A stretch of DNA of 24,000 nucleotides from Parvularcula sp. IMCC14364 (GCF_030758415.1 NZ_CP132334.1:3273118-3297117); one strand, 5' to 3'; positions 8,684-17,671 are shown, counted from the first letter of the stretch. Translations and numbers: made by a program. The notes: a model not told the origin generated them from the letters alone.

Positions 8684-9253
8684 CTATTCCTCTTTTGCCG
8701 GATGATGTCCGTCTTTTTTCACAAACGCCGCAAGTTCCCTGAGTACAGTTTCAATGCCGACCAATATCAACAGAGCAAAGGACACGGGGACAATCACATA
8801 AAAAGCGCCCACCTGCATGGGAAGGGTTGCGGATTTGCTCTGCATGCCACGTAGAACGAAGTCGAGGCTTTCAGCAAAGAAAACAGCGCAAATCCAGATA
8901 ACCAGAAGGGTAATGCCGATTTGCAGTGTTGACTTTATGGCTTTGGGCAAGTCTTCGGTGAAAAAACTGATGGAGACATTGGTCCCTTCCCGATAAGCCC
9001 AGGGGGCAACCAGAAAAGCCGTCCATACCATCATCGTCTTGGCGAGTTCCTCTGTCCAGGCAGGTGAATTGTTGAAACCATATCTTGCCACAACCTGCAC
9101 CATGACAATAAGCGTCATAGCCGCGAGCAAGAGCCCGGCGAAATTACGCCCCGCCTCACATATCGGGCGATTGGCTTTTGCCAGGGCGTCAGCAAGCCGC
9201 TCAGTAAGAGGAGGTGAGATTACAGGATCAGTCATCATTTTTGATTTTACCAT
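8684..9253 (-). CDS. dctQ: TRAP transporter small permease (DctQ family)
   Basis: A 189-aa protein with four predicted TM segments. It lies immediately upstream of dctM on the same strand. Start ATG at 9253. Confidence 0.75.
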   Translation of the reverse strand: MVKSKMMTDPVISPPLTERLADALAKANRPICEAGRNFAGLLLAAMTLIVMVQVVARYGFNNSPAWTEELAKTMMVWTAFLVAPWAYREGTNVSISFFTEDLPKAIKSTLQIGITLLVIWICAVFFAESLDFVLRGMQSKSATLPMQVGAFYVIVPVSFALLILVGIETVLRELAAFVKKDGHHPAKEE

Positions 9254-9261
9254 GACACAGT

Positions 9262-9288
9262 TTCACCTGCTTGCCTAATGGTTCACCT
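9262..9288. promoter_or_regulatory. Direct repeat TTCACCT-N13-TTCACCT in the dctQ/scoA divergent intergenic region
   Basis: TTCACCT occurs at 9262-9268 and again at 9282-9288, a 20-nt period. It could be a regulator binding site. This rests on pattern only. Confidence 0.2.
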
Positions 9289-9374
9289 CAGGCCTTAATC
9301 AATGGCCAGGTTCGCCTCATAGTTGAATTTGCCGGGCCTTCTTGTATGAAAGGCGCAACGACTGGGAGTGCGTT

Positions 9375-10076
9375 ATGAAAAAAGTTTATGACAGTGCCGA
9401 GGCCGCGATCGCCGGGCTGACCTTTGATGGCATGACGGTCATGTGCGGTGGTTTTGGCTTATGCGGTATTCCTGAAAATCTGATCATCGCTTTGCGTGAT
9501 TCCGGTGTGAAAGATGTCACGGCAGTGTCCAACAATGCTGGCGTTGACGATTTTGGCCTCGGGCTTCTGTTGCAGACACGGCAAATCAAGAAAATGGTTT
9601 CATCTTATGTGGGTGAAAATGCGACTTTCGAGAAGCAGTATCTTTCGGGCGAACTTGAACTGGAGTTCAATCCGCAAGGCACTCTGGCGGAACGTATCCG
9701 CGCTGGCGGCGCAGGTATTCCCGGCTTCTACACCAAGACAGGTGTGGGCACACTGATCGCCGAAGGCAAAGAGCACAAGGAGTTTGATGGCGAAACATAT
9801 GTCATGGAAACTGGCCTGCGCTCTGATCTTTCACTGGTCAAAGCCTGGAAAGGGGATACGCAAGGTAATCTTGTATTCCGGAAAACAGCGCGCAACTTTA
9901 ACCCTATGATGGCGACCGCAGGACGCATCACAGTTGCTGAAGTAGAAGAGCTTGTCGAGGTAGGAGAACTGGACCCGGACAATATCCACACTGCGGGTAT
10001 TTTCGTTCAACGGATTGTAAAAGGCAGCTTCGAAAAGCGCATTGAACAACGCACCACGCGAGAGCGGACAGCCTGA
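9375..10076 (+). CDS. scoA: 3-oxoacid CoA-transferase, subunit A
   Basis: Contains [42 protein letters not shown] and the [16 protein letters not shown]-type motif. The ATG at 9375 follows GGGAG. The ORF-track start at 9342 is a TTG. Confidence 0.9.
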   Translation: MKKVYDSAEAAIAGLTFDGMTVMCGGFGLCGIPENLIIALRDSGVKDVTAVSNNAGVDDFGLGLLLQTRQIKKMVSSYVGENATFEKQYLSGELELEFNPQGTLAERIRAGGAGIPGFYTKTGVGTLIAEGKEHKEFDGETYVMETGLRSDLSLVKAWKGDTQGNLVFRKTARNFNPMMATAGRITVAEVEELVEVGELDPDNIHTAGIFVQRIVKGSFEKRIEQRTTRERTA

Positions 10077-10098
10077 GCGTATAGCGAGGAGAGATATC

Positions 10099-10731
10099 AT
10101 GGCCTGGGACAGAAATCAGATGGCGGAACGCGCCGCAAAGGAACTTGAAGACGGATTTTACGTAAATCTGGGGATCGGTATTCCGACACTGGTCGCGAAT
10201 TACATACCTGATGGGGTGGATGTGACGCTTCAATCAGAAAATGGTATGCTCGGCATGGGGCCCTTCCCGTATGATGATGAGGTGGATCCTGATCTCATCA
10301 ATGCAGGCAAACAGACGATCACTGAGTTACGTCGCACATCTTATTTTTCTTCCGCAGACTCTTTCGGGATGATCCGGGGGGGGCATATAGACCTTTCGAT
10401 TCTGGGTGCCATGGAAGTTTCCGAGCATGGTGATCTCGCCAACTGGATGATTCCAGGCAAAATGGTCAAAGGCATGGGCGGCGCGATGGACCTCGTCGCG
10501 GGCGTCAAGCGGGTCGTTGTATTGATGGATCACGTCTCAAAAAAAGGTGACCCAAAGCTTCTTAAGGAATGCTCACTGCCACTGACAGGTGTGCGTTGTG
10601 TGGATCGGGTCATCACCGGCCTCGGTGTGTTTGATGTTGACAAGGAGGCGGGCGCTTTGAAGATTGTCGAACTCGCGGATGGTGTGTCAGCTGATCACGT
10701 AAGAGAACAAACTGAAGCAGAGATCAGCTAA
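10099..10731 (+). CDS. scoB: 3-oxoacid CoA-transferase, subunit B
   Basis: Contains [30 protein letters not shown] and the SENGMLG motif that carries the catalytic Glu. It also has GAMDLV. The ATG at 10099 follows AGGAGAG. Confidence 0.9.
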   Translation: MAWDRNQMAERAAKELEDGFYVNLGIGIPTLVANYIPDGVDVTLQSENGMLGMGPFPYDDEVDPDLINAGKQTITELRRTSYFSSADSFGMIRGGHIDLSILGAMEVSEHGDLANWMIPGKMVKGMGGAMDLVAGVKRVVVLMDHVSKKGDPKLLKECSLPLTGVRCVDRVITGLGVFDVDKEAGALKIVELADGVSADHVREQTEAEIS

Positions 10732-10740
10732 GCTGGGCCT

Positions 10741-11325
10741 TCAGCACTCTTGCGTACTTTTCATGTCTGGTGCGCCAGGCGCGAGGTGATATTCGCGCAA
10801 TGCTTTTACATGAGCCCGCCCCTCTTCGACATAATGGGCCGCACCCATAAGAGCCATCTTGTCTTCCCCGTCGCGCAGGTCACGGAGTTTCCGGGCCGGT
10901 AAGCCAGCCCACATCTCGCCGGCTGGAAGGCGCTTCTTGGGGCCAAGAAAAGCCCCGGCAGCAAGAAAGCCACCACTCTCAATGACGGCTCCATCAAGTA
11001 CCGTAGAGCACATACCGACAAAGCCGCCGTCTTCCACGCTGCAGCCATGCAACATGCAGCGATGGCCGACCAGCACGTTCTCTCCAATCAGGCAGGGCGT
11101 GCCACCCATACCAGGTTCATCGACATGAATAATAGTTCCATCTTGAATGTTGGAGCCTTTGCCGACTTTGATCCGGTTGGTATCCGCGCGTAAGACACAG
11201 CCATACCAGACACTCGCGTCAGCGCCGATTTCCACATCACCGATAACGACAGCGCCGGGCGCAATAAAAGCAGTTTCGTGGATAATGGGAGTTTTCCCCT
11301 GAAACGGGAGGATCAATGCTTGCAT
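10741..11325 (-). CDS. Gamma-carbonic-anhydrase-like, left-handed beta-helix (hexapeptide repeat) protein
   Basis: Contains FIAPGAVVIGDVEIGADASVWYGCVLRAD, NIQDGTIIH and VGHRCMLHGCSV. The His pattern and hexapeptide periodicity match the YrdA/PaaY/CaiE family. Confidence 0.85.
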   Translation of the reverse strand: MQALILPFQGKTPIIHETAFIAPGAVVIGDVEIGADASVWYGCVLRADTNRIKVGKGSNIQDGTIIHVDEPGMGGTPCLIGENVLVGHRCMLHGCSVEDGGFVGMCSTVLDGAVIESGGFLAAGAFLGPKKRLPAGEMWAGLPARKLRDLRDGEDKMALMGAAHYVEEGRAHVKALREYHLAPGAPDMKSTQEC

Positions 11326-11391
11326 GGGATACCTGCAGATATAATTTTAGTTTGTTGGCTGATTATACGGAGTTAGCTGAGATTGTTTGGG

Positions 11392-11835
11392 TTACCCCTC
11401 TGAGTCTTCTTTGCTTTCTTCCTCTGCGGCATCCGGGTTCCATTCATACATGGCCTGAATGAAACAACGATCCGGACTTTGCGTATTTGATCGGCCAGCA
11501 AAGATGTTTTCTGAAACGAGCATGATGTCGCCGCGTGACAGGCAGCCGCCACCGTGGCCCGTCAGGCCAATGCGCTGGGCACGGTCCAGTTGGAAACAGC
11601 TACTGGTTTCAACAAGGTATTCCCGCCGGGGGCTCGCTTCAAGAATGACCTGCCGATCGGAAACCGTTTTGAAACTGTCGATCGTGCGACTGAAGCAGAT
11701 ACGATTGACCTGTTCGCCGCGTCTTGGGTCATCTGCGTCTATAAAACGTGACTGTTTGTCTTCAGTTGAAGCACAGGCAGCGGCAAGCAGGCACCCTGAC
11801 AGGCCAAGCGCACTGATGATCAATTTCTGGTTCAT
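11392..11835 (-). CDS. Putative lipoprotein of unknown function
   Basis: Signal peptide with lipobox (MNQKLIISALGLSGCLLAAAC|AS). SD AAGGAGAA lies upstream. The C-terminus is acidic. I cannot place it in a named family with confidence. Confidence 0.65.
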   Translation of the reverse strand: MNQKLIISALGLSGCLLAAACASTEDKQSRFIDADDPRRGEQVNRICFSRTIDSFKTVSDRQVILEASPRREYLVETSSCFQLDRAQRIGLTGHGGGCLSRGDIMLVSENIFAGRSNTQSPDRCFIQAMYEWNPDAAEEESKEDSEG

Positions 11836-12036
11836 TCCGTTTCTCCTTCAGTCCGATTATGGTCCTCGTAACCACTCCCCCGACAAATAAACCCTAGCAT
11901 GATTGATGCTAAACCAGAAATCATGAGGTGCGGGGGCAAAATGCAGTGCTGTAAGAATGAATGTGAACAGTGCATTTTCTTGCCGGATGCTCTAGGGTGC
12001 TTGCAGGAGAGAACTGACTATGCCTGTGTGGCAAAC

Positions 12037-12762
12037 ATGATTGGCGATGTTGACGCCTATGCGCGTGATATGCGCGATTCTGAAGGTTTTGCTGCTTTGC
12101 GCAGGGTCTGCATAACCCATTTGCCCGGTTTTGGTGCTGTCATGTTCAGTTATCATCACCTGCCACCGCCGGGTGCAGTTGATTACAGTTCAGCGCTGAC
12201 GGTTATTGCCCATGGGTTCCCAACGGACTGGGTCAATCGCTATATCAAGGAACAGATGTATCGGCATGATCCGATTACCCGTTTGGCCATGGATGTTAGT
12301 GAGCCCTTCTGGTGGTCTGAAGCTGGCAATGCAGGCGCAATTTCAGCCGATGAGCAGGCATATCTCGACACTCTTGCTGCAGCGCAGTTGGGGGACGGAC
12401 TGGCAATCCCTGTTTTTGGTCCCAATGGCCGAAATGGTTATTGCGGTGTCGGGTTTGGCAAACAGGCAACCGGCCTGTCCTATGCTGACATAAAGCAGGT
12501 TCAATGGGTTTGCCAACTCGGGCATCAGCGATATTGCGACCTCCTGAAGATGCAATTCCCTGATGGGGAGCACTTGACCGGCCGTGAAACCGAGATTCTG
12601 GAGTGGGTGGCAAAAGGAAAGAGCAATTCTGTCATAGCAGAGATTATTGGTATTTCTCCGCATACAGTTGATACTTACATGCGGCGGATTTACCTCAAAT
12701 TTGGTGTGGCAGACAGGGTGACAGCTGCGCTGCGTGGCCTTGCCATCGGGGCGATAAAATAG
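12037..12762 (+). CDS. LuxR-family transcriptional regulator with an autoinducer (AHL)-binding domain; no luxI in the window
   Basis: The N-terminal domain carries W-x3-Y-x8-DP-x13-W-x27-G with the same spacing as TraR W57/Y61/D70/P71/W85/G113. The C-terminal HTH is LTGRETEILEWVAKGKSNSVIAEIIGISPHTVDTYMRRIYLKFGV. The start is uncertain. The longest ORF starts at 11899. I prefer 12037, which gives about 241 aa, the usual family size. Confidence 0.85.
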   Translation: MIGDVDAYARDMRDSEGFAALRRVCITHLPGFGAVMFSYHHLPPPGAVDYSSALTVIAHGFPTDWVNRYIKEQMYRHDPITRLAMDVSEPFWWSEAGNAGAISADEQAYLDTLAAAQLGDGLAIPVFGPNGRNGYCGVGFGKQATGLSYADIKQVQWVCQLGHQRYCDLLKMQFPDGEHLTGRETEILEWVAKGKSNSVIAEIIGISPHTVDTYMRRIYLKFGVADRVTAALRGLAIGAIK

Positions 12763-12766
12763 TTCT

Positions 12767-13642
12767 TCAGTGTTTTGCCGAGGACGGCGGAGTTCTCTTT
12801 ATACCATCTTCAGCATCAGAGGCAGGGAATGCTGTTTCCGGTTCCATGGTCGGCGTTCCATCCCGAACAGCCGCTTCACGTGCCGCCAGTAATTTATTGC
12901 GGTATTTTGTTTGCACGACGGAAACACAAACCATGACGAAGATCACGAAATAGAATGTCGTTTTGGACATCGCAGTAACTTCATAACCGAAGAGGTATAG
13001 GTGGGCGAGATGCCCGGATTCGGATACGAGTAATACGCCGACAATAAAGAGAACAAACAGCCCCAGCACTTCATAGGCGCGGTTTTGTTCAAGGAAATTG
13101 GAAACATGGTCTGACAGCCAGATCATCATGATGCCAACGGAGATAATCGCCACGGCCATTATGGCAAAGACGTTCGTCAGGGCAATGGATGAAAGAATAC
13201 TGTCGAAAGAGAATACCAGGTTCATTGTAACAATCCAGAAGATCGCACCGGCGACCGAACGCTTGCCCGCAGAATCGGCGTGTTCCAGGTGATCCACAGA
13301 GAGCAAGTGAAATATCTCTTTCATTGCAGTGTACAGAATGAAAGCGCCGCCAAACAGGGTCACCACAGCGTGGAACGTGAACGCCCCCTTGATGAATCCC
13401 CAATCAATAGAGAAGAACGGTTCTTTCAGGCTTTCGATCGCAGCCATGACCACGAAAAGAAGGATGAGCCGCAGGCCAATCGCGAGGCCAATGCCGAGTT
13501 GCCGTACGCGGCGCTGGTGCTCTTGTGGCACACGGCGGCTTTCGATCGAAATATACAGCAGGTTATCGAAACCCAGCACCGCCTGCAGCAGGATAAGCAT
13601 AATCAGTGTGAACAGGTTTTCGGGTGTAAAGAGATCGGCCAC
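12767..13642 (-). CDS. TerC-family integral membrane protein
   Basis: Polytopic membrane protein containing LLQAVLGFDNLLYISIE and SFDSILS, which are TerC-type paired DN/D motifs. I prefer the GTG at 13642, preceded by AAGGGGG. The ORF-track start at 13672 is a TTG. Confidence 0.7.
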   Translation of the reverse strand: MADLFTPENLFTLIMLILLQAVLGFDNLLYISIESRRVPQEHQRRVRQLGIGLAIGLRLILLFVVMAAIESLKEPFFSIDWGFIKGAFTFHAVVTLFGGAFILYTAMKEIFHLLSVDHLEHADSAGKRSVAGAIFWIVTMNLVFSFDSILSSIALTNVFAIMAVAIISVGIMMIWLSDHVSNFLEQNRAYEVLGLFVLFIVGVLLVSESGHLAHLYLFGYEVTAMSKTTFYFVIFVMVCVSVVQTKYRNKLLAAREAAVRDGTPTMEPETAFPASDAEDGIKRTPPSSAKH

Positions 13643-13741
13643 GGCGCTGCCCCCTTTTTTGATGATTGGCAAATATGGCTAACAGGCGATAGGCGTTGTC
13701 TATCAGGCTTTGCTGGCAGGCAAAAGAGGGCGTAACCTGCG

Positions 13742-14347
13742 TTAGAAGGGTTGGCGGGACTTCATGGCGGCCGCGAGCGTGCCTTCATCCAGATAGTCCA
13801 GCTCGCCACCAACAGGCACACCATGCGACAGACGTGTTACCGTGACGCTGGTGCCTTCAAGACGCTCGGTCACATAATGTGCGGTAGTCTGGCCATCAAC
13901 CGTGGCGCTGGTCGCGAGCACCACTTCTGTAACTGTGCCAGCAGAGGCGCGTTGCGCGAGTGAGGCGATGTTGAGGTCGTCTGGTCCGACGCCGTCCAAT
14001 GGCGAAATGACCCCGCCCAGCACATGATACCAGCCTTGATGTGCGCCAGATCGCTCAAGCGCCCATAGATCGGCAACTTCCTGCACGACGCAGATGATGC
14101 CAGTGTCCCGTTCTTCATTAGCGCAGATGGCGCAGGGGTCCACTGAATCCCAGTTACCACAGATGGAGCAGGCAGTGACTTTATCCGCCGCTGCGTCAAG
14201 AGCCTTTGCCAGCGGGGTCATCAGGCCATCGCGTTTCTTCAACAGATGCAGGGCCGCGCGCTTGGCCGACCGGGGCCCAAGCCCCGGCAACTTAGCCAGA
14301 AGAGAAATGAGATGGTCCAGTTCCGGACCGGCAGGAGTTCTGGGCAT
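13742..14347 (-). CDS. recR: Recombination protein RecR
   Basis: Contains [24 protein letters not shown] (HhH), a C4 zinc finger ([16 protein letters not shown]) and a Toprim region ([15 protein letters not shown]). Confidence 0.95.
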   Translation of the reverse strand: MPRTPAGPELDHLISLLAKLPGLGPRSAKRAALHLLKKRDGLMTPLAKALDAAADKVTACSICGNWDSVDPCAICANEERDTGIICVVQEVADLWALERSGAHQGWYHVLGGVISPLDGVGPDDLNIASLAQRASAGTVTEVVLATSATVDGQTTAHYVTERLEGTSVTVTRLSHGVPVGGELDYLDEGTLAAAMKSRQPF

Positions 14348-14350
14348 TAC

Positions 14351-14677
14351 CTAAAAAGGCATTTTCATGCCAGGGGGCAATGGCAAGCCTTCGGTGAGGC
14401 TTTTCATTTCCTCCTGAGAGACTTCTTCCAGCTTTGACTTGGCATCGTTGATGGCAGCGGCGATCAAGTCTTCGAGAACTTCACCTTCATCGGGATTTAT
14501 GAGATCTTTCTCGATACTGACCTTGCTGGCATACCCTTTCCCGTTGAGGGTAACCCTGACCATGCCGCCGCCGGCCACACCGTCGGCTTCCATCGCAGCG
14601 ATCTTTTCCTGGACCTCCTGCATTTTGCCTTGCAGGCTGGCAGCCTGCTTCATCATGTCACCAAAACCCTTCATCAT
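14351..14677 (-). CDS. ybaB: YbaB/EbfC-family nucleoid-associated protein
   Basis: 108 aa. Contains MMKQAASLQGKMQEVQEKI, GGGMVRVTLNGKG, DLIAAAINDA and a LPLPPGMKMPF tail. It sits between dnaX and recR. Confidence 0.93.
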   Translation of the reverse strand: MMKGFGDMMKQAASLQGKMQEVQEKIAAMEADGVAGGGMVRVTLNGKGYASKVSIEKDLINPDEGEVLEDLIAAAINDAKSKLEEVSQEEMKSLTEGLPLPPGMKMPF

Positions 14678-16431
14678 GATTCATCATCCTCTATCAAATT
14701 TTCATCAGGGGGCCGAAATTCTTCTATTTCCTTGATCCGCATGTCGCGGTCAGCGTCAATCTCTGGAAAAACTTCCAGAGCAGCCTGTATCAACGGGTGG
14801 GCGCGGATGCCGTCATTGCGCGTGTTGCGCAGTGTTTCGCCGCCTTTTGCCCGTGCGTTCACGCTGACCACCCAGCGCTCTCCAGTCCAGTTCTTTAACT
14901 GCGCGGCAAGTCGGCCCGACAGATCCTCAGGTGCGCCGGGCGCCGGGTTGAACTCGATCCTACCAGGCTCCAGTTTTACAATCCGTACAAACTTTTCTAT
15001 TTCCTCGCGCAGCTTCGCGTCCCGCTTCACGCCCGCAAGGTTGGCAAGGTCTGCAACAGTTTCAAAGCGGGTCTCATTGGCCGCCTGAAGGTGACTTTGA
15101 GGTGCGGAAAGGGGAGAGGGTTTCCGTTGAGCAACAGGGCCGGATTGTGCGCTGCCACCGACCGAAACTGATGCAACCGCTTGCGTATTGCCCCCCGCAC
15201 CAGCCGTTATAGTCTGCCCCCCGCCACCACTTTTGGGTGTTGTATTGTTCAGTTGTCTGAGGGCCTCATCGAGGGTTGGCAAGTCAGCCGCGTAACATAA
15301 ACGGATCAATGCCATTTCAGCAGAAGCTGCTGCATCTGGTGCACTTTGCGTTTCCTGCAGACCCTTCATCAGCAGTGACCAGGCGCGGGTAAGACCATTA
15401 AGGGCGTAAACTGCCGCCATTTCCTTTGCCCGCGTTGCTTCTGCTGTACCGGCTGATCCATGGCTGGCGGCGCCTTCACCGGCTGCCTTCACGCGGGTCA
15501 GCAGATGTACCAGTTCCAGCAGGTCTCGCAGAACAACAAGCGGGTCTGCGCCGCAATTATACTGCCCCCGGAATAATTCAAGCGCTTTTGGTGCTTCCCC
15601 CTTAAGGCAGGCATCCAGTATATCCCAGCTCACATAACGGTTGGCGAGCCCAAGCATGTCCTGCACCTGTTCGGCTGACACCGCTTCTTCCGGTGCAGCA
15701 TGATGCTGGATTATAGCCTGGTCGAGCAGAGAGAGTGCATCACGCACGGACCCTTCTGCCGCGCGCGCAATCATTAGAAGACCGTCGCGGTCAACTTTCG
15801 CGCTTTCTTTCTCGACAATACCGCCGAGATAGTCTGCCAGTGTATCCTGATCGAAACGGCGCAAGTCAAAGCGCTGACAGCGGGACAACACGGTGACCGG
15901 TACTTTGCGTATTTCTGTTGTGGCGAAAATGAATTTCACATGCGTGGGCGGTTCTTCCAGCGTCTTCAACAGGGCATTGAAGGCGTTCTTGGAGAGCATG
16001 TGCACTTCGTCGATAATATATACTTTATAACGTGCCTGTACCGGCGCGTAACGCACACTTTCGATCAGTTCACGGATATCATCAACACCGGTACGGCTCG
16101 CGGCGTCCATCTCGATAACATCAGGGTGGCGGCTTTCGGCAATAGCCTGACAATGAATGCCCTGCTCAGCCATGTCGATGGAGGGGGCATCCGGACCGCC
16201 TTCCACGGCATAATTGAGGGCGCGGGCAAGGATACGGGCTGTTGTGGTTTTGCCGACCCCGCGCACACCCGTCAAAATCCAGGCATGGGCGACGCGGTTG
16301 GCGTCAAAGGCGTTGCGCAATGTGCGCACCATCGCGTCATGGCCCAGAAGGTCAGCAAATGATTGCGGGCGATATTTACGGGCGAGAACCTGATAAGGCT
16401 GCTGGTCGCTGTGGCTCGAAGAATCGGTCAT
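14674..16431 (-). CDS. dnaX: DNA polymerase III subunit gamma/tau
   Basis: Contains YQVLARKYRPQSFADLLGH, GVRGVGKTTTARILA, the zinc module region, YIIDEVHMLS and SRCQRFDL. I prefer the ATG at 16431. The ORF-track start at 16467 is a TTG. The stop overlaps the ybaB start as ATGA. Confidence 0.93.
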   Translation of the reverse strand: MTDSSSHSDQQPYQVLARKYRPQSFADLLGHDAMVRTLRNAFDANRVAHAWILTGVRGVGKTTTARILARALNYAVEGGPDAPSIDMAEQGIHCQAIAESRHPDVIEMDAASRTGVDDIRELIESVRYAPVQARYKVYIIDEVHMLSKNAFNALLKTLEEPPTHVKFIFATTEIRKVPVTVLSRCQRFDLRRFDQDTLADYLGGIVEKESAKVDRDGLLMIARAAEGSVRDALSLLDQAIIQHHAAPEEAVSAEQVQDMLGLANRYVSWDILDACLKGEAPKALELFRGQYNCGADPLVVLRDLLELVHLLTRVKAAGEGAASHGSAGTAEATRAKEMAAVYALNGLTRAWSLLMKGLQETQSAPDAAASAEMALIRLCYAADLPTLDEALRQLNNTTPKSGGGGQTITAGAGGNTQAVASVSVGGSAQSGPVAQRKPSPLSAPQSHLQAANETRFETVADLANLAGVKRDAKLREEIEKFVRIVKLEPGRIEFNPAPGAPEDLSGRLAAQLKNWTGERWVVSVNARAKGGETLRNTRNDGIRAHPLIQAALEVFPEIDADRDMRIKEIEEFRPPDENLIEDDES

Positions 16432-16513
16432 CGCGTGGAGTATGGCCCCAAAACCGGGCAGGCTCAAATCCGATGCTCATATGTGGATAAGTGCCTGATA
16501 TTGAAAATGAAGT

Positions 16514-16603
16514 GGAAGACTGAACGACCCGAACCGAAACTCGTTACGGCTGCTTCCTTCCGGACCTGACCGGGTTGGCGAGGAGCTCGTCCGCCAGCCT
16601 TCC
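16514..16603 (-). ncRNA. ffs: Signal recognition particle RNA (small bacterial SRP / 4.5S RNA)
   Basis: The minus strand reads GGAAGGCUGGCGGACGAGCUCCUCGCCAACCCGGUCAGGUCCGGAAGGAAGCAGCCGUAACGAGUUUCGGUUCGGGUCGUUCAGUCUUCC. It contains the universal domain IV motif GGUCAGGUCCGGAAGGAAGCAGCC. The 5' GGAAGGCUG pairs with the 3' CAGUCUUCC. The position upstream of dnaX is the classical one. The ends are good to a few nt only. Confidence 0.9.
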
Positions 16604-16726
16604 GCGAATACATATCGCGTCTTGGCAGCAGAAATACAAGGGGCAGTTATGCCCCGCGCGGAAAACTTGAAAGACTGCCTGTATCCCCGCCTTGCCACTC
16701 TGGAGAGGTAATGCGAGGAAATATTC

Positions 16727-17668
16727 ATGCCTATTGCAAATCCTAATTACTTCACTGGTAACCCGCTTGAACGGCTTTCTGAAAAGCGCGGCGATGCGCT
16801 GTGGTTTGCGGAACAACTGGCTCATGAAAAAGCCTGTATGGTGCCTTTCTGGCGCGGGCGGCCGCTTGTTGAAATGCCGGATGGCCCTGACGGTCAGGCC
16901 CGCGCGCTCTGGTTATCGCCTCTGGCCCGGTCGGAATTTGTGCATGATGCGCCCGTCGTTCTACTGGGGTTCCGGGATGGCGCGCCATATTTCGCACTTG
17001 ATGCTTCTGCCAGTAGTGCTTCTGCCGAAACGGCACCGTTCGCAGACATGGCCAGTTATAAAGGTATGCGAGAGCTGGCCGGAATACTCTCTCGCGAGGA
17101 AGTTGCCATACTCGGGCAGGCATTATGGCTGCTTGACTGGCATCGACGACATCAGTTCTGTGCAAATTGTGGTGCCAAGAGCCAGATGGTTGGCGGCGGT
17201 ACGCATAGACGATGTGATGGGTGTGATACAGACCATTTTCCGCGCACTGACCCGGTTGCCATTGTGCTTGTGACGCGTGGTGAGGAATGCCTGCTGGGCA
17301 GGGGAGTGAAATTTCCGCCAACTTTCTTTTCGGCACTGGCCGGTTTTCTTGAACCGGGCGAAACGCTGGAAGAGTGTGCAGCCCGGGAAGTGTTTGAGGA
17401 AGTGGGCGTGAAAGTGAAAGAAGTCCGATATATTTTCAGCCAGCCTTGGCCATTTCCCTCTTCCCTGATGGCTGGTTATATTGCTGAAACGGAAGACACC
17501 ACATTCACATTGGATGAGACTGAAATTGCGGAGGCCCGCTGGGTGTCCAAAGACGAGATAAGAGCACTTCTGAACGGTGAGCGCCGGGATGATCTCAATA
17601 TCCCGCCGCCTTTTGCGATCGCTCATCAATTGCTTGTTGAATGGGTCAGGGACGAAGACCAGGTATAG
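16727..17668 (+). CDS. nudC: NAD+ diphosphatase (NADH pyrophosphatase) NudC
   Basis: Zinc ribbon CANCGAKSQMVGGGTHRRCDGCDTDHFPRTDP, Nudix box GFLEPGETLEECAAREVFEEVGV and the NudC signature SQPWPFPSSLM. GAGGA lies 7 nt before the ATG. Confidence 0.92.
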   Translation: MPIANPNYFTGNPLERLSEKRGDALWFAEQLAHEKACMVPFWRGRPLVEMPDGPDGQARALWLSPLARSEFVHDAPVVLLGFRDGAPYFALDASASSASAETAPFADMASYKGMRELAGILSREEVAILGQALWLLDWHRRHQFCANCGAKSQMVGGGTHRRCDGCDTDHFPRTDPVAIVLVTRGEECLLGRGVKFPPTFFSALAGFLEPGETLEECAAREVFEEVGVKVKEVRYIFSQPWPFPSSLMAGYIAETEDTTFTLDETEIAEARWVSKDEIRALLNGERRDDLNIPPPFAIAHQLLVEWVRDEDQV

Positions 17669-17671
17669 CGT

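Noticed and set aside
13643-13741. A possible Mn2+ (yybP-ykoY) riboswitch upstream of the TerC-family gene, as is often seen for this family.
   Set aside because: Only about 70-100 nt separate it from the recR stop. I see none of the conserved riboswitch helices or motifs there. A covariance-model scan (Rfam RF00080) would settle it.
16604-16726. Two hairpins, CGCGA-ataca-TCGCG (about 16604-16620) and GGGGCA-gtta-TGCCCC (16640-16655), between ffs and nudC. I considered them as terminators or an extra small RNA.
   Set aside because: No gene is transcribed into this region from either side, so a terminator has nothing to terminate. The stems are short. They may belong to the ffs or nudC promoter region, but I cannot assign a function.
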